A stretch of DNA of 64,000 nt from Octopus vulgaris (Eukaryota). The stretch is from NCBI GenBank assembly GCA_951406725.2, contig OX597816.1, forward strand, positions 83,018,001 to 83,082,000. The letters run 5' to 3'. The position numbers were made by a program, and so were the translations under genes. Shown in pieces: positions 1-14,132 of this stretch (position 1 is its first letter; every line of letters starts with the position of its first letter). The notes under the pieces are model-generated. The model was not told where the DNA came from, ran no database searches, and saw only the letters and a list, made by a program, of their open reading frames with translations.

Positions 1-31
1 TAATAATAATAATGATAATGATGATAATATT

Positions 32-579
32 GCCCTGATGCAGTACCAGGCAATAGCTCTCATGGCTTTTGATCTTAACTGGTTGGAAGTGTAACCATGT
101 ATATTGTTTTGTCTTGGTATAAATGAAGGGCTACAGTAAATATTCTGTTCAATACCACAGATTTGCTTGTCAGTTGTTTGAACATAACCAGTTGAGCATG
201 TCCCTTGGTGGCTGACGATATGTGCATCTCTAATCAGGAGCAGAGAAGCGGGGGAGTTTCATAGCCATGTGTTGAGAGGAATTCTTTGGGTTTGGATAAT
301 TCACTTCTGGAAACATGGGTGTTTCGTTTAACATTTTTAAACAACCCTTATTGAGGGACCGTTTGAGCGGTATAGGCTACTCGACCTGAAGAAAATTCTA
401 ATTCGGCTTCACTTGCAAGGTCATGTACTGTTTATCTTGATATGATATCACCCTGTTGCGCACATACGGTTGTGATGCATGTGCCTGGTGTACCCTTATC
501 AAACGGGTAGTCATGATGGGTATACTGGGCTTTGTATATTATACCGCAGTGCCACTGTGATGGCATGCACTGCTCTGTC
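32..579 (+). mobile_element. Uncharacterised ~550-bp dispersed element ('element X') embedded in an (AAT)n tract
   Basis: Flanked by (AAT)n on both sides. A homologous copy lies at 21591-21973 (shared agttgagcatgtc, ccatgtgttgagaggaattc, aaacatgggtgtttcgtt, tgcatgtgcctggtgtaccctt). No credible ORF. Confidence 0.75.
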
Positions 580-710
<131 letters not shown>

Positions 711-1125
711 GATCACAATATAGCGGCGAAAGAATTTGACAAGATTAGTAAATATAAAGACCTGCTAATAGAAATTGAAAAATGTGGCATCTCAAGGCGA
801 CTACAGTACCAGTGATTGTAGGATCTCTAGGAATGATAAAAAAAAGGCACTGAAACCTATTTGAAAATGATTCCAGGCTTACCATCCCTACAGGAAGTGC
901 AAAAAATCGTATTAACTGGAACGGCTCATGTACTGAGAAGAGCACTATCGCTGTGAAAATAACATCCATCCATGAATTTATTTATTTATTAATTTTTAAA
1001 TACATATTTTATCTGTGAATTTGCGCGTGTAATCTGGGAATGCATACAATGTCCTTCTCTGCCCTAGGTGTATGGAAAACACTCGGCGAGAAACGGAAGA
1101 AAATTTGAAGAAAGAAGGCAAAAAC
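711..1125 (+). mobile_element. 3' fragment of an R4/Dong-like RLE non-LTR retrotransposon (ORF end plus 3'UTR)
   Basis: Across small frameshifts it translates as KEFDKISKYKDLLIEIE..WHLKATTVPVIVGSLGMIKK..VQKIVLTGTAHVLRRALSL* (stop 954-956), homologous to ORF 23351-23590. Ends in (AAT)n. Confidence 0.85.
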
Positions 1126-1187
<62 letters not shown>

Positions 1188-2539
1188 GCAGGTTTGTGCA
1201 AAATTGCTAATCATCTAACGAGAAACGAAATAATAGTTAATGAATACTTCTGGCCAATTGACTCTCCTCGCTCCAGAATTTTAAATTAGATATTGTTTAA
1301 ATTTCTTCGTATTTCTTAGTGTCATTAACATAAAGTCGATGGGAGTGTTTTATCGGAAGCTTTAATCACAATTCGGAGTGGAACCCCCCCCCCTCAGAAA
1401 ATAAGAAGTGAATTGGAACGTAAAAAAATAACTATAATAAAAGAGTATTTCAGTACAAAAGACACAGACAGACAGACAGACACACACACACGATGGAAAA
1501 TGGAAAAAACGAAACCGTAAGTTGAATATAACAATTTTAATGTAATGTTAGATCATTAAATTGGTGAAAGTATGTAAATACTTACGCATATATAAACAAG
1601 TACAAGCGAACACACACAGGCACACATACGCACACCATACACATGCACTGACACACATACACACACATATGATTGCAACAAGCAGAAAAGATAATACAGC
1701 ATAAAACTGTATCTTTTTGTAAATTTGTCTTCATCGACATCACTAACACCGACAACCCCCTCTCCCCACGACGACGACCACCACCAGTAACACCATCATC
1801 AGTTGTAGTAACAGGCGCGTCATCCAAATTAAGATGAACAGGATGATGACGATGATTATGATGATATGATCCAATATGATTATTTGATAATACATAATTG
1901 CAGTTGTAGTAGTAGTAGTAGTTGCAGCACTATTATTTTATGCGTTTATTTTATGTGTTCATCCATTTAACTCAATTGATGGTTAAACTGAGCTACGGTT
2001 AGTAGATATCACCCAAAATGGAAGATTATAGCGAAGCAAATAAATATAATTATGACAGACAACGATCTAGCGAGAGGAATAACGGGAAGCTACAATAACA
2101 ACAACAACATAAAGAACAACAAAAAACCTTTTAAACTACGTTAAACCATTTTAAATTTAGGTGCCAAATGTTAATTCTATTTAGCACAAAAATTCTTTTG
2201 TTTTTCTGTGTCTAACTTTGTTTATCCTATTTAATCGTTTTTTTTTTCCTCAATTTAAATTTTAATTTTCGCAGAAATTGCGCTCCTGCGTGTGTTTTTT
2301 TTGTGTGAGTGATTCTTTACTTTTCATTACTTTATATTGAAACACTTTTATCATTGTATGTGTGTGTGTATGCGCGTTTATGAATGATTATATAGAAGTG
2401 TATGTATGTATGTATGTATGTATGTGTGTCTATATAAGTGAATAGGCTTATAAATGTATTTATGTATGTATATATATATATTTTATATATAGCTGTATAT
2501 ATGTGTCTATATATAAATATAAAAGTCTCTCTGTGTGTG

Positions 2540-2618
<79 letters not shown>

Positions 2619-2651
2619 TATACATACATACATACATACATACATACATAC

Positions 2652-2704
<53 letters not shown>

Positions 2705-3071
2705 GTGTGTATGTATGTATGTATATAGCAGTCGTAGTAAAAGCTACAAGTCATTAATTAGGCTAGAAGTCATCTTCGATTTACAGCTCATTTGTTAAAA
2801 GAGATGAAGAAACTTCTGACTTTCTAAGGCAGAAATAGTTAGTCGCCTGAGATTATGAGAATCCACGTAAGTCATCACTTACAATATAGTAATTGATACA
2901 GAAAAGTTTTCAACACTGCTAAAAGCCTAAATGCCGTATGAAAACTCAGCATTCTGTTCTAAGTGCACTTGTTTACTTAGTATTCTGGGGTTTCTGCGCT
3001 CCTAATATTATACTTCCCAACCAAGGTGTGGCCTATACGATTTGACAATCACATTTGGATCTTTACCTTTT

Positions 3072-3682
3072 GACCTACAGATTTAAAAAATAACTTTTTG
3101 TAACTAAACACTTTCAGACTTCGGACACTGGTAGAATGTGACATATAAAACATCTTTTATTCTTAGCATTTTTGAGAAAAACTTACATTTACGAACTTAT
3201 TTCACGTCAAAGTTCTCGTATTTCGGTAATTTCAACCAATCAATGACGTGTATTCAGCTGAATAAAATTACTGCTGTTGTTTGTCAACATGAACTTCCGG
3301 CGGTGTATATTTCGTCTGTCACTGTTATTTATGATAACCCTTACCCTAAAACCCTAAACCTAACCCTAAGACCTTAACCCTAACCCTAACCCTAAAACCT
3401 TAAAACCAGTACAAACGCCCGAGCGATGTTATAAATAACAGTGGCAAACGAAAAATACACCGCCGATAGTTGTTGATGACAAACAACAGCAGTAATTTTA
3501 TTCAGCTGAATGCACATCATTGATTGGTTGAAATTACCGAAATACGAGAACTTTAACGTGAAATAACTTCGTAAATATTTATTTTTCTCAAAAATGGTAA
3601 GAGTAAAATAAATTTTATATGTCACATTCTACCAGTGTCCGAAGTTTAGTTACAAAAAAATATTTTAAAAAATCTGTAGGTC
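3072..3682. mobile_element. Foldback/MITE-like element with ~260-bp imperfect inverted arms
   Basis: GACCTACAGATTT at 3072 pairs with AAATCTGTAGGTC ending at 3682. Mirrored ORFs 3138+ and 3392- encode near-identical peptides. Confidence 0.9.
3335..3406. repeat. Degenerate telomere-like (TAACCC)n core of the foldback
   Basis: taacccttaccctaaaaccctaaacctaaccctaagaccttaaccctaaccctaaccctaaaacc. Confidence 0.85.
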
Positions 3683-6552
3683 TCACGTTTTACATTGGTG
3701 TAAAGCAATGTACGATTTGGCACGAGTACGATTTGACATAGTGCATCTCATTTGTGGATCTCTTTTGTTTGTCCAACTGAATTATCTATCCATGACTTAA
3801 CATGCCGCTGTGCATGGCACAGAAAAGCAATTCTGAGACACAATCAGCGTGACACAGCGCATGAAATGTCTGTATATTTTTGAACTGTACACTATAGAAA
3901 ATATTTACCGAAGATGCCATGCTGTGATATTGAGCCAGGAATCTCAAGGCTGCAAAGTGAAATTCTTAACTATTCGAGCGCACTGCATCTAGAAATGTTT
4001 GTAAACCTTAGCCATCACTCGCAAATGAGTACGACTTAGTTGCATGTACAACACTTTCGTTAATTGTTTTGTGTCTATGTAGGTGCGAGCAGACATATAC
4101 AACCTCTCGACTCTCATACACATGATCCAGCGGAATGTGAAGGATATGAGTAGAGTAGAACAACGTAAAATAATATGTGATACTCAAGAACAAAACGTAC
4201 TGCTTAGACCAGGAACTGAACCTGCAACTGTGAGCTCAACACTCTTACCACTAGGCATTTATCGCTACTCATTTACATATTTATAACCCCCCCCCACACA
4301 CACCTTCGTGCACATGCAGGTATAGTTTTATAGAAGCTGAAAAACTGTTACTCCGAGTTTCACGTAACCGATCGTCAGATTGATAATCGATTTAATGAAA
4401 CTCGAAGTAACAATTTTTGAACTTATCAGTTTCAATAAAGCACTACATTTTATTGTAGCCCTTTTATTATCTATGTATGTATGTATGTATGTATGTATGT
4501 ATGTATGTATGTACGAGTGTGTTGTGTGTATATATATATATGTATCTATGTATGTATGCATGTGTGTGTATGTATGTATTTATTCCTATATACATGTATA
4601 TACATATATACATATGTGTGTGTTTGTATGTGTACATGCACTAATATGCCTATATACACATGCTCGCATGTAAATTGGGTTTCTGATGTTACACTTGTTA
4701 TGGTTTAGCAGCAATTAACAAAAGAAGTAATTCGGCTCTTTACTAATAAACCGTACATTGATGTGTTCTTTAAAGTAACCTTATTGTTTAGGAGCAAACG
4801 AAAGGATACTAAAACTATAGTGAGGTAGACAGATAGGTTCATATTTAAGTAAAGACTACAAATACGTGTGCATGAAGGCTAAATGTATGTATGTATGTAT
4901 GTATGTATGTATGTATGTATGTATGTATGTATGTATGTATGTGTGTGTGTGTGATTGTGTGCCTGTGCGCTTGTGTGTGCCTGTTTAAGTAGTACAAATA
5001 AATTCGTATTTGAACCGAAAAAGAGTACTGAAAATGATAGGTAGAGTAAAATATACATACACTATTGGTATGGTCAGTATATATATTAACACATCTCTAT
5101 TAACAGTTTCAATACTAAATTAACAAAAAATCTTCTACGACGTCTCTCTGCTGAAATATGAAGCTTCCGGTCTCACGCATGATTTTCTGTAATTGAAGCT
5201 GATTCTGATGTTTTACAAGAAGCACAAACTCTATTGAAAATTTCTTAGCTGATCTGGTTTGCCTCCATTGGATTGTCAAATTCACATAAAATGAAACATA
5301 AGCGAACAATAAAATTAGAATCAATGAAGAGGCCTGGATAGATTTCTGAATTTTTCTTTAGTTTAGAAGAAATAAATGTTAGAAGCATTATTAGAACCTT
5401 TAAGGATTTTCATCCCAAATTAATCTTTATTACGAACTTAGTATTGTAATTTTCATAAACTTACCCTAGATTTAAGCACAGATAAATACGAATCTAGACC
5501 GATCTTAATTTGAACTCAGAGTGTAGGTAGTTGAAACGAAATACAAGAGAATATTTTATCCGGTGTTTTTCCTCTTCTATCACCACACCACCTTTAGTAA
5601 TAAATGATAAATCTGCTCATATACATAAATATACTGTTCTGCTAGTGGTAGTGGTTGATTGTTTCGATGGTTGCGTGGCTGTTAAGGGCTGAGATACTTC
5701 GCTGTACTGCTCGGTAGTGCTATAAGTCAAAAGAAAATAAAACATGAAATAAGAGAATAAATATATTCACAGAAGAATAAAAAAAAACAACCTTAATCTA
5801 ATCAAATTATATATAACGATGAAAATAAACAATTCAAAACTACTTTTAAAAGAAGAGCCAAAAAAAAAAGAAAAGAAAAAAGAGAATTGGACAAAAAAAT
5901 GCTCAAAAGGAAAACATAATAGCGAATAAATAAATTAGTTGCACAATGTTTAAAAATACTTATTAGAGAAGAAAAGAAAAGGAAGAGTGACAGAGAGACA
6001 GAAAAAGACAGAAAAAGAGGGGGTAGACGGAAGACAAAGAAAGAGAGTGAGAAAGAATGGATGGTGTGGGAATCTTTGATAAGATAGAGTAGAGAAATCA
6101 ACTGATTAGCAGCAACTCATTCCAATTTAAGAGGAAGGGAAGGAGAAAAGAATGGTGGATGGATTTGGAAGTGAAAGTAAAGTGAAGTTAAACTTTTGCA
6201 GAATGGGAAGACGACGGAGAATACATTTCTTCTCACCTTCGCGCTTCTGATGGGTCGAGCGTGTTTAGAATACGGCAGAGTCCAGTTCCTAAAACTACAA
6301 ACAGCAAATCATTCAGCCTTAAACCTTTGCCCATTTGTCTTCATTTTAAGATTCCTGGCAAAAATCCCCTTGTGAATCTTCTTGGTAATATCAAAAATAT
6401 TAATGGGGGAAGAAGCAGTAGCGAAAAAGGCAAAACTCTCAATTGCCTGCTTGTTTTACTTTGCTATATTTTGTTTTGTTAACTGTAGTTGATTGACGTC
6501 GGAGTGTGGTTTCGGACAAGCATTAAACACACAGTCACATACACACACAGCC

Positions 6553-6613
<61 letters not shown>

Positions 6614-6704
6614 ACACACACACACACGCAAATTATATATATGTATATATGTATATGTGTCTGCATATATATATATATATGTATATGTATATATATGTGT
6701 GTGT

Positions 6705-6761
<57 letters not shown>

Positions 6762-6813
6762 AATATATATGTATATATATATATATACACACACACACAC
6801 GCATATATGTATG

Positions 6814-6844
<31 letters not shown>

Positions 6845-7678
6845 AGCTGGAGAGAGAGACACACACAAAATGGAGATGGATGGAAGGTGGGAGAGAATCT
6901 ATTTTATTTTTGCGGCCATTTAATCAACCTCTTTACTATGAGTGTATGTCAGCGCATGTTGTGTGTGTATTGTGTGTGTGTGTGTGTATGTATGTGTGTG
7001 TGTGTGTGTGTGTTTCTTGTTTGTTGGTTGCTTTTCTTGGTCATTAGCATTCGATTAAATTCCGCTGAAGTTCGCCTGGCATCGGGAATTGTCAAGCAGC
7101 ATAAAGATGATAACAAGTCTTTCAAGAAAGACAATGTATTTTAAATAGAACCTAAATTCATTGCTCTGTCGAAATATATTTGATGTGGTATATATCGTCT
7201 GACTTGCTTTTGATTTGATTAGCCAGCCTTTCAGCGTTGTTACCAAGTTAAGAAAAAGATAGAAGGAAACAGTCCAGCCAGCTTGTGTATGAATGAGTGT
7301 GTCAGTGAAAGAGTGAGCGTATGTGCAATTGTATGAGAATGAGTGTATTAGTGTATGAATGCATGTGTGAGTGGGTTTGTGTGTGAGCGTGTATGTGTGA
7401 GTGTGATTGAGTGAGTGAGTCAGTCATAGTTTTCGTTAAAACAAGAACTAGACGAAAGGCAAGAGGAGGTGGTTGGAGGGATGTATGTAGTTCGTGATGA
7501 TGTTGGTAATAGTGATGGAGCTAGAAGGGGTGTTAGGAAAGGTGGTATGATGGTTAAGGTGATAGATGTGATTAGGATGATGGTGTTGATGCAGTGTTGC
7601 TGTTGTTGTTATTGGCGATGATGACGATGATGATAATGCTGACGACGACGACGACTACGATGACAACGATGACGTTCT

Positions 7679-7762
<84 letters not shown>

Positions 7763-9689
7763 CAACGATGACGACAACAGGACGACGACGACGACGACGA
7801 CTGTGAAGACAATCATGACGATGATAATGATGATGATGTTTTTGATGGTAAAGATGTTGACGATGATGATGATAATGGCTTTGATATTGGTTTATGGGGT
7901 AGAAGTGGTGGTGGTGGTGGTGGCATGGTATTTTAATGGTGATGGTGTAAGTTATTTGAGTTATTGGTGGTGCTGGTGGAGGTAGCAGTATTAATGGTGA
8001 TGGTTGTGGTCAAATTTAGAGCGATTATAGTGGAGGTGGTGGCAATGCTGGTGGCGATCATGGCAATGAATAATGTTTACGACGCTAAAGTGTTGGTGGT
8101 GGTTACATTGGTGTGTTGTTGTTGCTATTGGTAGTGGTGTTGATGGTTGTTGGTAGCGGTGTTGGAGGAGGTGTAACTGGTTTGGTGGCAACGATTTTGA
8201 AAAAAAAAATTGTAATAAATTCCACGAACATCACCACCATCAAAGCCCCTGCACCGCCCATCTTCTCTCGCTGTCACCCCATCACCACTGCCAACACAAC
8301 CGCCGCCACCGTCATCACCTCCACCACTGCCACCACATCCGCTACCACCACCACCACTATCGCCACCACCACCACCACCACCACTACAATCACCACCACC
8401 GCCATCACTTCCACTGCTGCTTCTACAGACCCATCGCCACCATCGCCCTCATCAACACCACCACCATCACCATTTCTATCGTCTTCATCACCCTCTCAAC
8501 CACCCAAATCGGCTGCAACAATAAGCGTAAAACAGTAACTATAAATAAAAATAAAAAAAAACAAAATCTCATGCCATACCACATCACATCTCTCTTTCAC
8601 TCTCTCTCTCTTTACCCTCCCCTCCCCTCACCACCCCACCAAAAAAATTGTATTGTGCTCCTCTGAATGCTAAGTAGAGAAGTCAGATCGTAAAGATCTG
8701 AAGAGATCTATTAACATATATATGCATTATTTAAATAGTTAGCAATAGAAACAGCCATTGATATCCATATAAATAAATATTTGTTGTATTTCAGTGGGTT
8801 TGTCTGTGTGTATGTGTGTGCGTTTTGTTTAGTAAAGATGAACATTAAAAAGTAACAAACACACGCAGGAAAATAAATCGCAAAAACGTGGGGACTTTTT
8901 TTTTCTCCATTGGTTACATTATAGTATAATACAAATGTTTCTTCTATTTGTGAGGATTTTTGTAAAGGATATTTTTGTGACTTATCTTTTTAGTTAAGTT
9001 TTGTTAGATGATTTTGTTCCTGTCTGTCCAAAAGAAAAACAAAATAGAGAAAAAAGAGAGGAGAGAGTTTGATACAAGTTGATAAAATGTCTGAAAATAT
9101 ATATAACATCTGCAAATGCTTTACAATAACCAACATAATGCCCCCCCCTACACACACAGACAACCGAAATACCCCAACAATATAAAAAGAAAACGGTAGT
9201 AATATAAATGTACACGATATTTATAGAAAGTACTTGCGAGCGTTGTAGGACAAAAGGTAAGCTCACACTGAAAGCGGATACACAGAGAGACAGTGTACTT
9301 AGTTTCAATTCCCGGTAGGATTTAATTCACTACTTTTCGTTCATTTAATTCTCTTGAGGAAATTCATGAACATCATAATACACAACTGACAGTAACTCTT
9401 TATAACTTGCCGAAAAATGAAGTAGTTATTGTCTCGCCCCGAAACTAGTAGAGTTATTGATCTCAGGGGTTCCAGCTATGACCATCTTGTCTTTTTAAGG
9501 CTAGTGTATCTAGAACTATAACACCATCTAATGTAGATTTTGTAAAAATGGGCATGGAAAACAACAGTAAACACAACGAACTTCAATTCGGCCAATGATG
9601 AGCAGCTATCTAAGGCCTATCAAAGAATCGCACATTTCTAAGATTACCCTTAATGCCAAGGACAAATATCCCCTCCAAGTTGTATTTTT

Positions 9690-10200
9690 CGGTCTACAGA
9701 CATATATTTAGAATAGGCCCATTCACTCGAGCCATTCTCGTCGTCCTTACTCTCCTTTCAACAAATTTACTGGAGAGAAGTACCTCCCTTTCCATCCACA
9801 ACTGTCTATCCAAATAGACAAGGATTTGGCTGAAAAGGAAAATATCTAATCCCAGTCCTTGCAGTCTTGTTAACAATAAATCTCTTTTGCAGAATCCACC
9901 CAACATAAGAAAACTGCAGCGTTGATAGTCGGATCCTTTCTGTTCACGACAACAACTGTTTCACATAAAACCTCAAATCAGCAATGCTCGGACACTGATC
10001 AAATGCACGCAGAAAGATTTCATCGCTCAGCTCATATCTCCTCAGATCCATTGATAGCAGTTCCATACCTTTTGGGTTTACCCTGATCCGGTAATGTCAT
10101 CCTGGTCAGGTCAAGGATAGCCTCCGGTTGATAGCCCTACGAAAAAGACTATTCAGTTCATCTTTGTTGACGTTTAGAATATACTCGAAGACATCGTTGC
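9690..10200 (-). mobile_element. Decayed Tx1/L1-clade LINE ORF2 3' end
   Basis: Minus ORF TRLQGL..MEREVLLSSKFVERRVRTTRMARVNGPIL aligns by eye to TRLKGL..VEREVLSCSQFAERWMKVTRVMRVNGPAL at 28580-28760. Confidence 0.65.
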
Positions 10201-10399
10201 ACCTGTGCACCAATCTGCAGAATGTAAGGGCTGACGTACCACCAGCAGCATTGCCTTGCTAGTAGATGGATGCGAGCGCCAGTCAGTATTCTTGACGTCA
10301 GGAGCCTAATTTTATTTTTCGCTTGCTCAGGACTGTTGACTCGCCAAAGAGAGAAGCTTTGGAAAGATGTATCTGATTAATAAAAACCAAATCTGCTCA

Positions 10400-11380
10400 A
10401 CATCCATTAATCTTTGCAGGTGGCTCAACTTCAGCGCATGCCGTCTCATTGCCAACTTCGATATACCTAGCCTTCCATTACAGAGGGTGTTGGTAACAGA
10501 TGAACTTTGTGACCAGTGAAATGCGTCCTTTTTCCAAGTAGAGAAAGAATAGAAGTTCGAACCTAGTCAGAATGAAAATTGTGGAGAGCTAAATGTTTGG
10601 TGGAATTTCGAGGGGGTGTTGTACTTTAAACTTGTTCCCGATGGTTATGCTGGGAACGCCAGCCTTTCTGTTCAACAACTACAGCGAGTGTGTGAAAGCC
10701 CGCTTTTCAGTATTGGTCAATTGAAGACGCCCTCTCCTACAGCATGATAATGTTCCAGTACACACTTCTAATGTGACCAAGCGCAAACTTGAGGGGCTGG
10801 AAGCGCTGCCTCACTTTGTCTACTATCCACACCTGGCACTATTAGATTACCACACTTTCCGGACCATGGCTCATTTTCTGTACGGATCGAGATTAAAAAA
10901 TATGGACGAGGTTGAAAATGAGTATAAAGAGATTTTGCCTCATAATCAATCAAATAGTATAAGCTTGGAACCGAGCTTCTGTCACAACGATCAAAATAGA
11001 CAATTGAATATGATGGGATATATTATGATGAAGGCGCATGGCTCAGTGGTTAGAGCGTCGAGCTTACGATCGTGAGGTTGTGAGCCCGAATCCCGGTCCG
11101 GGTTGCATGTTGTGTTCTTGAGCAAGACACTTTATTTCACGTTGCTCCAGTTCACTCAGCTGTAGAAATGAGTTGCGACGTTACGGGTGCCAAGTTGTAT
11201 CGGCCTTTGCCTTTCCCTTGGATAACACTGGTGGCGTCCATAAACCACCTTGCCCAGACTTGTGACTAGGAGGGTAACTTTCTAGGTGCAATCCCATATT
11301 ATGATGAATAAACACTTTTCATGTGTAATTTGTTTGAACAACCAATTAAAGCTAGAAAAAACTTTTGACTCACATTGGTA
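10400..11380 (+). pseudogene. Decayed mariner (Tc1/mariner) transposase remnant, interrupted by a SINE
   Basis: Motifs VWWNFEGVLYFKLV, LLQHDNVPVHT and LPHFVYYPHLALLDYHTFRTMAHFL (cf. LPHPPYSPDLAPSDYHLF); C-terminus IEYDGIYYDE*; multiple frameshifts. Confidence 0.85.
11033..11295 (+). mobile_element. tRNA-derived SINE with CORE-like body (family C1)
   Basis: A-box TGGCTCAGTGG, B-box-like cccGAATCCC, body ttcttgagcaagacactt. 13-bp TSD ATATTATGATGAA at 11020-11032 and 11296-11308. Confidence 0.9.
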
Positions 11381-12292
11381 TTTCCATCTAACCTCTTGAA
11401 TGAGACTGGTATTCTGTTGGTGACTTCTTTCCAACGCTTTCTCTATAAGGGTCTTGTCCGAACAAAACTGGGAGCAATTTAACTGGACTTTCGATCCAGC
11501 GACAGAAGCTGTTGCAAGCCGCCATGTACTTACCTCTTCAAACGTCGAGTTTTAAGCTCATAGACGTGTCCATTTCATGTACACCTCACTCCTTGAGTCT
11601 TGGTACTTTTTAACAATGGTGTTCGTTATCATGTCATTTACACCGTTCGCGTATGCAGGCACGGCTCTTCTGTTTCCCAATTGGAGTGGGGTCTCCAACA
11701 TCTCCATCCTCTGTTGCAATAGTTAGAAAGTCAAAAGAACCAAAAAAAAAAAAAAAAGAAAGAAAAATAAGAGAGATTAAACGGGAGGGGATAATATTTG
11801 ACGGATCGCGCGGGTGATGTGAGAAGATACCACAGAGTGGCCGTTTAGTTTCTTTATTACCACAGGAGTGACGACTAGGGAACATTAGGAAGTCGAACTA
11901 CAAAACCATGCCTGCTTTTCTTATTTTTTTCCACTAATACGAACAACTGTTTGATATAGCATTTTTATTATAAATGGCACCCTTTGAACTTAACTATAAA
12001 CAATAAACATCTGTACATTTTCCATTTACTAACACTATATTTACTCAAATGAAGAAACATCTTCTAAAAGACTTGTCATCATCCGATACGGCAATGGATA
12101 ATGGTTAAATGTTTTGTGGTACTAAAAGAAAATCCAAATGTCACTACTTCGTAACTAGAAACACCAGTATCACATTCGACATGAAGAATCATTAGTAAGG
12201 GAGATGCGCTTGGTTTTTACCATTCCTCCCACAGTCACTGCCGCTGTTTATCATTCTCAGCATTCTGACTTTCTAAAGTTTTAGACATACAT

Positions 12293-12412
<120 letters not shown>

Positions 12413-12469
12413 GTGTGTATATATGTATATATATGTATATATGCATATATATGTATAATATGAGTGTAC

Positions 12470-12549
<80 letters not shown>

Positions 12550-12948
12550 ATATATATATATATACAGTATATATAAATATGTATGTATACACATACATAT
12601 ACATACAAACAGACAAAAACATGTCTACATACGTATAAGATACTTTTAATTAAATACAAAACAATTAAAATTAATTGAATAAGGAACTTACTATGTGACA
12701 GGAGTGAATGTTTTTTAGAAAGATTAACAGTTGCTATTACAATTTACCCAACACTCACACGTATTTGTGTATGTACGCGCGCGCGCGCACACACACACAC
12801 ACTCACACACACATGCACGCATCGATGCAGGCATGGCTGTGTGGTTAAGAAGCTCGTTTTTCAACAACGAGGTTTCGGGTTCAATACCTGTGCATAACAC
12901 TTGTCATCTCTCTCTATTTGCACACACACATGTATATATATATATGTC

Positions 12949-12982
<34 letters not shown>

Positions 12983-13019
12983 TAGATATAGATATATATG
13001 TGTGCACGTATGCATAGAT

Positions 13020-13435
13020 AACGTTAGTACGCCGAGTAAAATGCTTAGCGGTATTTCGTCTGTGTTTACGTTCTGAGTTCAAATTCCGTCGAGGTCGACT
13101 TTGCCTTTCATCATTTCGGGGTCGATAAATTAAGTACTAGTTGCGTACTGTGGTCAATATAATCGACTGGCCTCCTCTCCCAAAGTTTCGGGCCTTGTAC
13201 CTTGAGTAGGAAAGAACAACTAAAATAATTTAAAGGCGGCAAGCTGGTAGAATGGGTAGCACGCTGGGCAAACTGGCATTACAACATTTCATCCATCTTT
13301 GCGCTCTGAGTTCAAATTCTGTCGGCTTTGCTTTTTCATCCCTTTTTGTGGGGTCGATAAAATAAATACCAGTTGAACACTGGGGATCAATGTAATTGAC
13401 TTACACCTCCCCTCACGTTGCTGGCCTTGTACCAT
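13020..13435 (+). mobile_element. Two tandem copies of the abundant tRNA-derived SINE family A
   Basis: Diagnostic gagttcaaattccgccgaggtcgactttgcctttcatcctttcggggtcgataaattaagtaccag block, repeated about 20 times in the window. Confidence 0.85.
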
Positions 13436-13796
13436 AAACATGTGTGCATTCGTATATATACTAACATTCTAGCTTCCTCCGCTCTTTCCGTATGAACGTA
13501 TGCATGTATACATATATATACATGGATGTGTGTCTGCATACATATATTTGTGCGTGTGTTTATGTGTGTACAGATATATAAACGCCTTGTATTCGTATGT
13601 GTTTGTGTGTGGTTTAATATAAACATATATACTCGCATAGACCAACATTTATAGAGACATTTGTGTTTATGTTTTCTACTAATAAGAACACCTGATACAC
13701 TATGCATGCGTATACATACATACATACATACATACATACATACATACATACATACATACATACATACATACATACATACATACATACATACATACA

Positions 13797-13863
<67 letters not shown>

Positions 13864-14039
13864 TGCATAGACATTGGCACATATATACATAACATGGACA
13901 TATGTATGTGTGTATGCGTGTATTCAAACGCCCTTATAAGGACGAATTCTCTTGCATATGAATTTAGACATCTACAAACACACACACACATTGAAATTTA
14001 AGGACGCTGTACATATATCTGTGAGTATACGTATGTACG

Positions 14040-14092
<53 letters not shown>

Positions 14093-14097
14093 GTGTA

Positions 14098-14132
<35 letters not shown>

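Noticed and set aside
3335-3406. True telomere or chromosome-fusion site
   Set aside because: Short, degenerate, single orientation and enclosed by inverted arms.
8113-8538. Mucin-like Thr/Pro/Ser ORF with hydrophobic N-terminus, and apparent GGT/ACC strand symmetry at 7900-8500
   Set aside because: Degenerate trinucleotide repeats, non-ATG start, no real arm alignment.
11033-11105. tRNA gene calls for SINE heads (also 51249, 56941, 62790)
   Set aside because: No complete cloverleaf; they continue into SINE bodies or are degenerate.
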